Under the pieces are notes generated by a model. That model did no database searches, was not told the DNA's origin, and saw only the letters and a program-made list of their open reading frames with translations. The position numbers and the translations under genes were made by a program. Shown here piece after piece: positions 39,525-48,935 of a DNA stretch of 64,000 nucleotides. The stretch is from an uncultured Candidatus Rokubacteria bacterium (GTDB lineage: Bacteria; Methylomirabilota; Methylomirabilia; Rokubacteriales; DASRDR01): NCBI GenBank assembly GCA_963805625.1, contig CAWDVE010000019.1, forward strand, positions 288,001-352,000, written 5' to 3'. Positions within the stretch are counted from its first letter, which is position 1, and each line of letters starts with the position of its first letter.

Positions 39525-40159
39525 CCCCGCCAGATTCCCCGGGCGGTGAACCCCCGGGCCTCGAGCGCCCAGATCACCGGAGCCGGGTTGATCGTACGGA
39601 CGCGGATGACGGCCTCCTTGAGGCCGCCGCCGCAGGGCAGGGTCACCAGGCTCGAGATATCGCCGCCAGCGGCCTCGACCGTCTGCACGATCTCGGCGAG
39701 CCCGTGCGGCCGATCCCCGAAGACGACCTCGAACCGGCTCGATGGTTCCGCGGCGCCCAGGGCCCGCACGAACAGGCGTAGGACGTCCGTTTCCGTCACG
39801 AGCCCGACCAATCGCTCTCCCTCAGTGACCGGCAGCGCGCCGATCTTCTCCATGACCATCGTTCGCGCTGCATCCTCGATGGGAAGCATCGGGCTGGTCC
39901 TGATGACCGCTCGGGTCATGATCTCTCCGACGCGCAGGTGGTCGAGGAGGTACCTGAGCTCGTGGACCTCGAGGCTCGTGGCCGGTGACGCCATGGCCCG
40001 TTTCAGATCACGGTCCGACAGGATGCCCACCAACCGCTCGCCTTCGACCACGGGGAGGTGGCGCACCCCGCGCTGGCCGGTCAGCTGGATCGCCTCGGGA
40101 AGGGTCGTTTCGGGCGTGACCGTGAAGAGCTTCGTCTGCATGACGTCCTGCACAAGCAT
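39521..40159 (-). CDS. AcuB-like CBS + ACT domain protein
   Basis: CBS pair (SDRDLKRAMASPATSL) plus DRPHGLAEI ACT motif. Confidence 0.85.
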   Translation of the reverse strand: MLVQDVMQTKLFTVTPETTLPEAIQLTGQRGVRHLPVVEGERLVGILSDRDLKRAMASPATSLEVHELRYLLDHLRVGEIMTRAVIRTSPMLPIEDAARTMVMEKIGALPVTEGERLVGLVTETDVLRLFVRALGAAEPSSRFEVVFGDRPHGLAEIVQTVEAAGGDISSLVTLPCGGGLKEAVIRVRTINPAPVIWALEARGFTARGIWRG

Positions 40160-40217
40160 CGGTCACCAACCTCCTGGCCAGCTGGCCCGCGCGATTATCT
40201 TCCCTACGACTACGAAA

Positions 40218-40233
40218 AGCAACGGCGATGCCA
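40218..40233 (-). promoter_or_regulatory. sigma54 -24/-12 promoter
   Basis: minus strand TGGCATCGCCGTTGCT. Confidence 0.85.
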
Positions 40234-40287
40234 GTGCGAGTTCGCGTTGGAATCGGGAGTTGGGTCCCCATGTCCGCGGGGGGAGGG

Positions 40288-40324
40288 TGGGGCATGGCGT
40301 GCCCGATGGGGCGGCCGTGCCCCA
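40288..40324. promoter_or_regulatory. Tandem upstream activator sites shared by divergent sigma54 promoters
   Basis: TGGGGCATGGCGTGCCCG 40288-40305 and TGGGGCGGCCGTGCCCCA 40307-40324. Confidence 0.8.
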
Positions 40325-40387
40325 GGAGCGCAATCCGCTGAGGGTTCGCGCGGGACTGCCTGTCCACATTCCCGCTCCTCCGACACA

Positions 40388-40403
40388 TGGCACCCCGATT
40401 GCT
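40388..40403 (+). promoter_or_regulatory. sigma54 -24/-12 promoter
   Basis: TGGCACCCCGATTGCT. Confidence 0.85.
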
Positions 40404-40428
40404 GGGGGTTTCGTCAGGGAGAACGGGG

Positions 40429-40812
40429 TTGACCCGAACCATCTTGGTCGTCGACGACGAGCCCGATCTTGTTGCGAACTGCGAGCGTCTACTCCTGCGA
40501 CTCGGCCATGTATCCCTTCGCGCTCATACTGGAACCGAGGCGCTGGCGCTGATCGACCGGGAGAAGCCGGATCTGGTCGTGTCCGACCTCCGGCTCCCCG
40601 GGGCGGACGGTCTGGCCGTGACGCGCCACGCCCGTCGCCACGTTCCGCCCATACCTGTGATCCTGATCACCGCCTACGACTCTCCGGAGGCGAGGCGGGC
40701 AGCCAGCGAGAGCGGCGCCGAGGTTTACCTCGCCAAGCCCTTCTCCAACGCGACATTCCTCGATGCCGTCCAGCGAGCCCTCACCCCGAGGCCGCCCGAC
40801 GGGGATAGGTGA
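40429..40812 (+). CDS. Single-domain response regulator
   Basis: ILVVDDEPD, SDLRLPGADG, LAKPF; probable TTG start after GGGAGA. Confidence 0.85.
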   Translation: MTRTILVVDDEPDLVANCERLLLRLGHVSLRAHTGTEALALIDREKPDLVVSDLRLPGADGLAVTRHARRHVPPIPVILITAYDSPEARRAASESGAEVYLAKPFSNATFLDAVQRALTPRPPDGDR

Positions 40813-40831
40813 GCGCCCTGGCACGCTGGAC

Positions 40832-42397
40832 GTGACCGTGGCGAAGGACCACCAGGTCCGGTCGCTCCTCGATGACCTCCGGCGCCCGGAGGCCTATCCA
40901 ATCCCTCGACCCTCCGAGGTCACGCCGGTCACCACACACATCTCCTGGGTCTTCCTCACCGATCGGGAAGTCTGGAAGCTCAAGCGCCCCGTCGATTACG
41001 GGTTCGTGAACTACGCGACGCTCGAGCGGCGCCGGCGCTGCTGCGAGGACGAGGTTCGCCTGAACCGGCGGCTGGCCCCTGACGTCTATCTCGGCGTCGT
41101 TCCCGTCCGGCTCGGTCCGGATGGCCACTGGTTCGGGGCCGAGGGCGACATCGTCGACTACGCCGTCCGCATGCGGCGACTCGCGGACGAATGCAGTGCG
41201 GAGGCGCTACTCCGCCGGGATGCGCTGACACCGGATCACCTCACGCGCCTGGCGGCACGGCTCGCCCGCTTCTTCGTCGACGCGGTCCCTGCGCCTGAGG
41301 CGGGCGCGGTCGAGGCCATTCGCGAAAACCTCGTCGAGAACTTCGCGCAGGTGGAGCCATTTGTTGGGCGGTTCGTGTCGCGGGGCACGTTCGATGCCGT
41401 GCGGGCATGGCAGTTCGGGATCCTGGAGCGGCAATCGGGCCGGTTCCACGGGCGGGTCGAGCAGGGAAGGATCCGTGACGGACACGGCGATCTCCGGCTC
41501 GAGCACGTGTACTTCGAGAGTGCCGAGCCGATCGTCATCGACTGCGTCGAGTTCAACGAGCGGCTCCGAAGCGGGGACACGGCCGCCGACGTGTCCTTCC
41601 TCGCCATGGAGCTGACCGCCCGTTCGCGATCCGATCTCGCCGAGGTGTTCCTGGCCGCCTTCGCGCTGGAAGCCGACGACCACGACCTCTACGGTGTCGT
41701 CGACTTCTACATCGGGTATCGCGCCTGGGTGCGCGGGAAGGTCGCCGCTTTCCTGGCCGTCGACCCGTCCACGCCGCCGGAGAAGGCGGTCCGGAAGGCC
41801 GAGGAGGCGCGGTCCCTGTTCGATCTCGCCCGGTCCTACGCGGGGGCTCGGACCGGCGCCCCGCCGGTTATCGCGGTCGGCGGGCTGATCGGCAGCGGCA
41901 AGAGCACCCTGGCGGAGGCGCTCGGGCGGTCCCGGGGCGTTCCTGTCGTCTCGTCGGACCGGGTCCGGAAGGCGTTGGCAGGGGTCCGCGCCACCGACCC
42001 TGCGCCGTCGGACGCCTACTCGGCGGCGTTCTCGACGCGGACGTTCGACGAAATGTTCCGAAGGGCCGCCGTGGTACTGGACTCGGGGCGCGGCGTTGTC
42101 CTGGACGCGACGTTTCGCGAGCGTACGCTCCGGCTCCGCGCCCGGGACCTGGCCCGGCGCCACGGACGGCGGTTTCTGTTCGCCGAGACGGTTTGTGACG
42201 AGGCCACGCTCCGGGAGCGGCTTCGCCGGCGGGCAGCCGGCCCGTCGATCTCGGACGCCGGGGAAGCCCTGCTCGAACGCATGCGCGCGGAATTCGAGTC
42301 CGTCACCGAGCTCGGCGTTGGCGAGCACGTCCGCGTCGACACGACGGGACCGCCGGAAGTGGCGGCGCACGCCGCCCTGGGGGGCCTTCCCGCCTGA
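40832..42397 (+). CDS. Aminoglycoside phosphotransferase-like kinase fused to AAA_33 P-loop domain (Rv2004c-like)
   Basis: THISWVFL, EVRLNRRLAPDVY, DGHGDL, IDCVEFN, GLIGSGKST; start approximate. Confidence 0.85.
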   Translation: MTVAKDHQVRSLLDDLRRPEAYPIPRPSEVTPVTTHISWVFLTDREVWKLKRPVDYGFVNYATLERRRRCCEDEVRLNRRLAPDVYLGVVPVRLGPDGHWFGAEGDIVDYAVRMRRLADECSAEALLRRDALTPDHLTRLAARLARFFVDAVPAPEAGAVEAIRENLVENFAQVEPFVGRFVSRGTFDAVRAWQFGILERQSGRFHGRVEQGRIRDGHGDLRLEHVYFESAEPIVIDCVEFNERLRSGDTAADVSFLAMELTARSRSDLAEVFLAAFALEADDHDLYGVVDFYIGYRAWVRGKVAAFLAVDPSTPPEKAVRKAEEARSLFDLARSYAGARTGAPPVIAVGGLIGSGKSTLAEALGRSRGVPVVSSDRVRKALAGVRATDPAPSDAYSAAFSTRTFDEMFRRAAVVLDSGRGVVLDATFRERTLRLRARDLARRHGRRFLFAETVCDEATLRERLRRRAAGPSISDAGEALLERMRAEFESVTELGVGEHVRVDTTGPPEVAAHAALGGLPA

Positions 42398-42470
42398 CGT
42401 TCCCCCGGGCGGGCCGAACCGGCCGCCGCCGGTCCTGGCCGTGCTACCCTGATTCCTCGGTGGGCGCGCT

Positions 42471-43853
42471 ATGAACACGAAACCGCGAGTGCTGATCGTG
42501 GACGACGAGCCCGACGTCGTCGCCAACTGGGCTCGGTTGCTCGGCCGAGAGGACTATCCCTGCGTCACCGCGACCGACGGTGAGCGAGCGCTGGCGCTCC
42601 TCGAGAGCGAGCGCCCGGACGTTGTCCTCACCGATCTCAAGATGCCCCGGGTGGATGGAATGCAGGTTCTCGCCCGCGCCCTCGAGCTCGATCCCGACGT
42701 CGTCGTGATCATGATCACTGGCCACGGGACGGTCGAGTCGGCGGTCGAGGCCATGCGGGCGGGAGCGTTCGACTACCTGCTGAAGCCACTGCCTTCCAAC
42801 GACGTGCTCCGCCTGGCCGTCGAGCGCGCGGCCGAACGGCGCCGTCTGATCGAGGAGAATCGCCGGCTGCGGGAGCCGCTCGCGTCGCGCGCGGGTTTCG
42901 ACCAGGTCATCGGCAAGAGCCCGGTGATGACGGCAGTGTTCGACCTCGTCCGGAAGGCTGCCCGGTCCGAGGCCAACATCCTGATCCAGGGAGAATCCGG
43001 AACCGGGAAGGAGCTGATCGCCCGGGCGATCCACGCCCAGAGCGCCCGGGCCGCCGAGGTGTTCGTTCCCGTGGACTGCGCCGCGCTGCCCGATGCGCTG
43101 CTCGAGTCCGAGCTGTTCGGTCACGAGCGCGGCGCGTTCACCGGCGCGGATCGCACCAAGCCCGGGATGATCGAGGTTGCCGACCGGGGCACGCTCTTCC
43201 TCGACGAGATCGGCGAGCTGCCCCAAGCGCTCCAGTCCAAGCTCCTCCGGGCGCTTCAGGAGCGGCAGATCCGTCGCGTCGGCGGGACCAAGTTCGTCAA
43301 CGTGGACATCCGTCTCGTGTCCGCGACCAATCGAGACACCGCGGAGCTCGTCCGGAAGGGCGAGTTCCGCGACGACCTCTTCTACCGCGTCAACGTGATC
43401 ACGATCATGTTGCCGCCTCTCCGCGAACGGGCGGGTGACGTGGGGCTTCTCGCGCACCATTTCCTTCGCCGCTACGGGCGGAACCGCGAGCAGCCGCTCG
43501 AGGGCATCGAGCCGGAGGCGCTCGCGCGCCTGGAGGCCCACGCGTGGCCTGGCAATGTGCGCGAGCTCCAGAACGTGATCGAGCGCGCCTGCGTCCTGAC
43601 GGACGGACCGATGATCCGCGTCCGGGATCTTCCCGATCACGTCCGCGGGCGAGGTCGTCCGGCACCCGCGATTCCAGGCAAGGACCTACCCCTGGCCCAG
43701 GCCCGCGAGGCCTGGCTCCAAGCATTCGCTCAGGGGTACCTCACCGATCTGCTTCGACGACACGGGGGGAACATCTCGCAGGCCGCGAAGACGGCGGGCG
43801 TCGACCGGAAGACGCTTCATCGCCTGCTGGCCAAACACGGGATCAAGGCGTGA
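42471..43853 (+). CDS. NtrC-family sigma54 enhancer-binding response regulator
   Basis: receiver domain, GESGTGKE, GAFTGA, FLDEIG, WPGNVREL, Fis-type HTH. Confidence 0.95.
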   Translation: MNTKPRVLIVDDEPDVVANWARLLGREDYPCVTATDGERALALLESERPDVVLTDLKMPRVDGMQVLARALELDPDVVVIMITGHGTVESAVEAMRAGAFDYLLKPLPSNDVLRLAVERAAERRRLIEENRRLREPLASRAGFDQVIGKSPVMTAVFDLVRKAARSEANILIQGESGTGKELIARAIHAQSARAAEVFVPVDCAALPDALLESELFGHERGAFTGADRTKPGMIEVADRGTLFLDEIGELPQALQSKLLRALQERQIRRVGGTKFVNVDIRLVSATNRDTAELVRKGEFRDDLFYRVNVITIMLPPLRERAGDVGLLAHHFLRRYGRNREQPLEGIEPEALARLEAHAWPGNVRELQNVIERACVLTDGPMIRVRDLPDHVRGRGRPAPAIPGKDLPLAQAREAWLQAFAQGYLTDLLRRHGGNISQAAKTAGVDRKTLHRLLAKHGIKA

Positions 43854-43997
43854 AGGTCTGAAGCGTCGCACCAGCGATCCCGCCATCCTCTCAGGACGTA
43901 GGCGCTCAACACCCGCATCCAGCTCGCCCGTTCGAAGCCGTCGCGCCGAGGTCATCGCCATCATCGCCTTGGCCGTGCGACGGTACGGCCGGCCGGC

Positions 43998-44819
43998 TCA
44001 GAAGTCGAGCTCGGTGAGGTCGGTCGCCAGCCCGACGGGCCCGCCGAACGCCGCGGCTGCTTCTGCTCGCATGGGTTCCACCAGTGCCTCGTTGGGTATG
44101 TGTGTGAGCACCAGCCGGCCAACCGCCGCCGCTCTCGCGGCGCGCCCGACGTCGTCCGCCGTCGAGTGTCCCAGGCGATGGACCTCGACGCGGTGCTCAT
44201 CCAGCCCCCCTGCTTCGTGGATCAGCACGTCAACACCCTGGGCGACCTCGATGAGCCGGGGAACCGGCCGCGTGTCACCGCTGTATGCGAGCCGTACGCC
44301 ATCGAGCTCGACGAGGCATCCCATCGCTCCGCCTTCGACCGGCAGATGGTCGACCAGGAATGTGGTCAGGCGCGCGCCTCCCCGCAACGGAGCGACGGCC
44401 CCGTCGACCATCGGGACGAGCTGGAGGCTGTCCCCCAGGAGCCGAGGGACCGCACTGGCAACGGCATCGAGCAGCACCCGGATGTCTCCGATGATGCGCG
44501 GCTCCGCGTATACGCGGGTCGGCTCGGTCGGTGCGCGACCGCGTTGACGCAGGCTTTGGATCGCGCTCCACAAGAGCAGCGGCTCGAGGCCCCCCACGTG
44601 ATCCACGTGCTGGTGGCTTACGAAGATGTCCCGGACCTGGTCGGGCGCAAATCCGCTCGCCAGTATTTGGCGGACAACGTCCATGCCGTTGCCGGTATCG
44701 AGGAGAACCCGTCCGCCCTGGGAGTCGTCTCCCCACGTGAGCAGCAGGCACGCCTGATGCCGCTCGGCATTCGCAGCGCCTCCCGTGCCCAGAAGTCGAA
44801 GCGACAGGGCCACTGCCAC
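43998..44819 (-). CDS. RNase Z-like metallo-beta-lactamase-fold hydrolase
   Basis: LLGTG, SHQHVDH, YSGDT, HEA, HST, LTH; GTG start after GGGGAGG. Confidence 0.8.
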   Translation of the reverse strand: MAVALSLRLLGTGGAANAERHQACLLLTWGDDSQGGRVLLDTGNGMDVVRQILASGFAPDQVRDIFVSHQHVDHVGGLEPLLLWSAIQSLRQRGRAPTEPTRVYAEPRIIGDIRVLLDAVASAVPRLLGDSLQLVPMVDGAVAPLRGGARLTTFLVDHLPVEGGAMGCLVELDGVRLAYSGDTRPVPRLIEVAQGVDVLIHEAGGLDEHRVEVHRLGHSTADDVGRAARAAAVGRLVLTHIPNEALVEPMRAEAAAAFGGPVGLATDLTELDF

Positions 44820-45094
44820 GTCCTCCCCTATCGGTCTGGCCGACTGCCGTGGGGCGCGGTAGACGCGAAGCACGCCGGTCAGATACACGGTGGTCGGGCG
44901 ATTGCAGAACCCGGACATGCACGACGCTCGCCTGGCAGCGCCGGCGAGCATGATGACGTCACCGCCAGATCGTCAGCCTGGATCCGGAGCTTGTGTCGGA
45001 GGCTAGCCCGGGGAGTGCGAGCGTGTCAAGCGTGCGTCGGCCGCGCAGATGGTTCGGGCCGTGACGGCATCGTGCCGAGCGGCGGAGTTGGCCG

Positions 45095-46406
45095 CTAGAG
45101 GTTCCCGAGGATCTCGTCGAAGCCCGGCTGGCCTACTTCCTCGACATCGTAGCGCACGCGAACCACCGGCTGACGGAGTGCGAGAACCCGGCCGAGATCG
45201 ATCGGCGTCCCCAGAAGCACGAAATCGCATGGCACCGCGTCGATCGTGGCGTGGAGGTCGGCCATCTGCTGGGCGCTGTAGCCGACGGCCGGGAGGACGG
45301 GTCCGAGCATCGGGTAATCGCGGAACACCCGCTGGATGCTGCCCCGGGCGTACGGGCGAGGGTCGACCAGGATCGCGCCGAATCGTCGGGCCGCCAGCTC
45401 AGCCGCCCCCGCCGGCAGGCCGCCGTGCGTCAGCGTAGGGCCGTCGTCGACGGCAAGCACCCGGCGGCCCCGGAGCCGCTCGGGGGCCTCGACCCGGGGG
45501 GGGGAGCCGAGTGTCGACCAACCGGGCGCGCGGATTGAGGGTTCGGGCCGCCACCTTGACCGTCTCAATTTGACTAGGGTCGGCGCTGTCCTCCTTGACG
45601 ATGACGACGACATCGGCCAGGCGGAGGTTCGTTTCCCCGGGATGGAATCGGGACTCGTGTCCGGCTCGGTGAGGATCGAGCAGGCACAGATGGAGCGTGG
45701 GAACGAAGAAGGGGAAGTCGTTGTTCCCGCCGTCCCAGACGATGACGTCCGTCTCGGCTTCCACGCGCGCCAAGATCGCCGCGTAGTCGACGCCGGCCCA
45801 CACGACGACCCCCGTCTCGAGATGCGGCTCGTACTCTTCGCGTTCCTCCAGCGTCACGCCCGCGCGGTCGAGGTCCGCGAGCGTGGCGAACCGCTGGACG
45901 CGCTGGGCGGCGAGATCGCCGTATGGCATCGGGTGGCGGACGACCCCGACACGCCGCCCCCGCCCCCGGAGGATCTCCACGAGCCGTCGACTCACGGCGC
46001 CCTTCCCGCAGCCGGTCCGGACTGCCGTGACGGCGACGACGGGCCGCGCGGCGCGGAGCATGGTCCTCCGCGGTCCCAGTAGGGCGAAGTCGGCGCCGGC
46101 CGCCAGCGCGCGGCTCGCGAGGTGCATGACCTGCTCGTGACTGACATCGCTGTAGGCGAGCACCACGAGGTCCACGGCGTGCTCGCGGACCAGCCTGTCG
46201 AGGGCCTCTTCAGGCTCGATCGGGATGCCGCCCGGATAGCGCGGCCCGGCCAGCTCGGGCGGATAGCGGCGACCCGCGATGCCCGGGATCTGAGCGGCCG
46301 TGAAGGCCACGACCTCCGTCGCCGGGTCGTCCCAGTAGACGACGTTGAAGTTGTGGAAGTCCCGACCCGCGGCCCCCAGAATCAGAACGCGGATGGGCGA
46401 CGGCAC
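45095..46406 (-). pseudogene. COG2403 cPGS-like P-loop ligase (arginine synthetase ArcE-like), split by a +1 frameshift in a C9 run
   Basis: GAAGRDFHNFN, RTGCGK, RHPMPYG, EEREEYE, WDGGNND in frame 1; DDGPTLTHGG, LPAVGY in frame 2; G9 run at 45496-45504 on the plus strand. Confidence 0.8.
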
Positions 46407-46418
46407 GGATTCAGGCGT

Positions 46419-47564
46419 TCACAAGGCGAATCGCAGGCGCGCGGCGACACCGCCCATCGCCCCCAGCGCCGCGTGCGCGTGAACCATCGTCACGGCTCCG
46501 CCGGCTGCGATCGTGCGGGTCACCATCGTCTCGCCGAGCTCGACCGCAGCGGTGGCCTGGTGGCACAGTCTGCACGTTGCCGCGTGTCCCGGCTGGAGCG
46601 CGGCGCATGCGGTGCAAGCCCGCCCCGGCTCCCGGAAGTCCCGGAGAAGATAGAGCCGGTCGACCGCCCCGCGTTGCACGGCCTCCAGGACTCCCTCCAG
46701 GCTCGCCACGGCACGGCCATCCTTGGCCGCCTCGGTCAGGAGGCCGTCGACGGCAGCCTTAACCTCTTGGTCGGCGACGCGGCCGATCAGCTCCGCGGCT
46801 CGGGCCACGAGCTCGTCCGCCGGCTCGTGCCGCTGCCCTGACACGACTCCCGCGACCCGCGCGGCGACCGTCGCCGGAAGGACCCGCCGGAAAGCGCCGG
46901 TGCTGTCCTGGCTCCCGGCGATGACGATGCGCTCGAGGCCATGCTTCGCCACGAGCCCGCCGAGCGCCTCAGCCACCGCGTCCAGATGCCGGTCGCGGCG
47001 TTCCTCGATGTGGCGCTGATAGTGGGCCAGGGCGAGCTGAGCCCAGCCGCCGCGACGGTGATGACCGGCGACGTCGCTGTCTAAGCGGATCTCCTCGCCG
47101 GGCCTGGCGTCGAGGACGGGGATCAGCCGCGCGCTCTCCGCATCGACGAACACCACCAGCATGGGCGGCGCGTCGGCCAGCGCGGAGGCGAGAGGACCGA
47201 GGAAGGGCCGGTCGCCCACGACAACCAAGTTCTCCAGGGCAGCCCGAACCGGGACCACCTCGCGGAGGCCGAGGCCGGGGCTGGGGCAGACGAAGAGTGC
47301 CACGCCCTGGGCGTCGGCATGGCTTGCCTGGCTGACGACTGCCTCCGCCTGCGCCTCGATCCAATCGAGGGCAGTCGCCAGACCCTCCACCAGGCCACCC
47401 TCGCGCGCCCGGCGGAGCTCGCCCTTGACGAAGAGCCGCGTGCGATCGCGCTGGTGCTCGTCCGTCCAACGCGTATTCAGGTAGACGCTCACCACTGGTG
47501 CACCGGTGTTTTCCAGCTTCGACAAACGGGCGATTCGCTCGGCAAGCGTCATAGTGTGGGGCAC
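46419..47564 (-). CDS. baeRF (bacterial aeRF1/Vms1-like) release-factor homolog with Zn ribbon
   Basis: VSVYLN, HRRGGWAQ loop, CTAC/CRLC insert, GGVAARLRF eRF1 domain-3 end. Confidence 0.8.
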   Translation of the reverse strand: MPHTMTLAERIARLSKLENTGAPVVSVYLNTRWTDEHQRDRTRLFVKGELRRAREGGLVEGLATALDWIEAQAEAVVSQASHADAQGVALFVCPSPGLGLREVVPVRAALENLVVVGDRPFLGPLASALADAPPMLVVFVDAESARLIPVLDARPGEEIRLDSDVAGHHRRGGWAQLALAHYQRHIEERRDRHLDAVAEALGGLVAKHGLERIVIAGSQDSTGAFRRVLPATVAARVAGVVSGQRHEPADELVARAAELIGRVADQEVKAAVDGLLTEAAKDGRAVASLEGVLEAVQRGAVDRLYLLRDFREPGRACTACAALQPGHAATCRLCHQATAAVELGETMVTRTIAAGGAVTMVHAHAALGAMGGVAARLRFAL

Positions 47565-47727
47565 CTTGGGGCCCCTCTTGGCTCGTAAGCGGACGGGCGC
47601 TACCTGTTCTCGACCGTCGGTGCCGACAGGATAGCGGGGAGTGTCCAGCCACCTATGACGATGAAGGGCCGGGACTCACTCCCCGCACTTGCGACCGTCA
47701 TCCCGTCGACACCGCCATGATCGCCGC

Positions 47728-48165
47728 CTACTCGGCCTTGATCGGGATGGTCGTTCCCTTCGCGGTGGGGGCCTTCGGCAAGGTCACCGTGAGAAGCCCG
47801 TTCTTGAAGCTGGCCGTGACCTTCGATCCGTCGACCGATGCCGGAAGCCGGACTGCCCGGACGAAGGCGCCGTATGATCGCTCGGCCCGATAGTAGTGCT
47901 CGTCCTTCTCCTCCTTCTCCTGCCTCTTCTCGCCCTTGAGGGTGAGGAGCTGGTCCTGCAGGGAGAGCTGGATCTCCTTGGGATCCATCCCCGGGACCTC
48001 GGCTTTCACCATCACGGCATCCTTCGTCTCGGAGACGTCCAGGGCGGGGGCCCACTCACCCATCGAGGGAAGCTGTGGGAAGTCCCCCTCCCAGAACCTG
48101 TCGAACAACCGATCCATTTCCTTCTTCATCGTCGACAGCCCCGTCCACGGTGTCAGTGCACGCAT
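47728..48165 (-). CDS. Hsp20/alpha-crystallin small heat shock protein
   Basis: WAPALDVSE, EVPG, ERSYGAF, FKNGLLTVTLPK, IPI. Confidence 0.95.
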   Translation of the reverse strand: MRALTPWTGLSTMKKEMDRLFDRFWEGDFPQLPSMGEWAPALDVSETKDAVMVKAEVPGMDPKEIQLSLQDQLLTLKGEKRQEKEEKDEHYYRAERSYGAFVRAVRLPASVDGSKVTASFKNGLLTVTLPKAPTAKGTTIPIKAE

Positions 48166-48223
48166 GGTCTGCTCCTCCTTCTACTTTGCTACCTTGGTGT
48201 TCTAATCGGTCACTAGGAAACGG

Positions 48224-48239
48224 AGCAACTGCAATGCCA
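48224..48239 (-). promoter_or_regulatory. sigma54 -24/-12 promoter
   Basis: minus strand TGGCATTGCAGTTGCT. Confidence 0.85.
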
Positions 48240-48292
48240 GAGGAGAAGGGCCTGCCGGATCGTGGGTTATGCGGCGGTCCCCCCGCCGAGGG

Positions 48293-48330
48293 TGGGGCAT
48301 CGGCTGGCCTGGTGGGGCGCTCCCGCCCCA
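48293..48330. promoter_or_regulatory. Tandem upstream activator sites
   Basis: perfect TGGGGCGCTCCCGCCCCA 48313-48330; weak copy TGGGGCATCGGCTGGCCT 48293-48310. Confidence 0.8.
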
Positions 48331-48881
48331 TGAGGCCCGTCACCCTGACAGACGGCACCGAGGTCGCCTTACGCCCGATCCGTCCCGAGGACGAATCCGC
48401 CCTGACGGCCCTCTACGAGCGTCTGAGCCCGCAGACGGCCTACCAGCGGTTCTTCACGGTGATGCGTCGGCTGCCACCGGACTGGGCGCACATCCTGGCC
48501 AACGTGGACTACGATCGACGAATGGCGATCGCCGCCATCGGTCCGGAGGGCGACCTGATCGGGGTCGCGCGGTACGCCTACGACGAGCGGGCTCAGGAGG
48601 CCGAGATCGCCATCGTCATCGAGGATCGGTGGCAGGGTCGGGGCCTCGGGAAACGGCTGCTCGGCGAGCTGATCGGCTACGCGGAGGGCATGGGGATTCG
48701 CCGCCTCCGGGCCTATGTCCTCGGCGACAACCTGCGCATGCTCAAGCTCATCCGGCGGGTCACAACGATCGTGGATCGGAAGCTGGAGTCCGGGGTGCTT
48801 TCCTTGCTCTTGGCACCGCTCGGGCGTCCCGAACCGGCCCTCGATCCGGGCGGCGCCTCGATCCCCCCGACGGCACCCTGA
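48330..48881 (+). CDS. Stand-alone GNAT resembling the Pat/PatZ protein acetyltransferase domain
   Basis: LRPIRPED, LSPQTAYQRFF, VDYDRRMA, IGVARY, AEIAIVIEDRWQGRGLG, NLRM. Confidence 0.8.
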   Translation: MRPVTLTDGTEVALRPIRPEDESALTALYERLSPQTAYQRFFTVMRRLPPDWAHILANVDYDRRMAIAAIGPEGDLIGVARYAYDERAQEAEIAIVIEDRWQGRGLGKRLLGELIGYAEGMGIRRLRAYVLGDNLRMLKLIRRVTTIVDRKLESGVLSLLLAPLGRPEPALDPGGASIPPTAP

Positions 48882-48935
48882 CCTCGAGGTGGCCCGGCAC
48901 GCTCGCGTTGCCGGTTCGAATGAGGTGTGGACGCC

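Noticed and set aside
48895-48912. CGGCACGCTCGCGTTGC as another sigma54 promoter
   Set aside because: GG-GC spacing is 12 rather than 10, and it lies between convergent gene ends.
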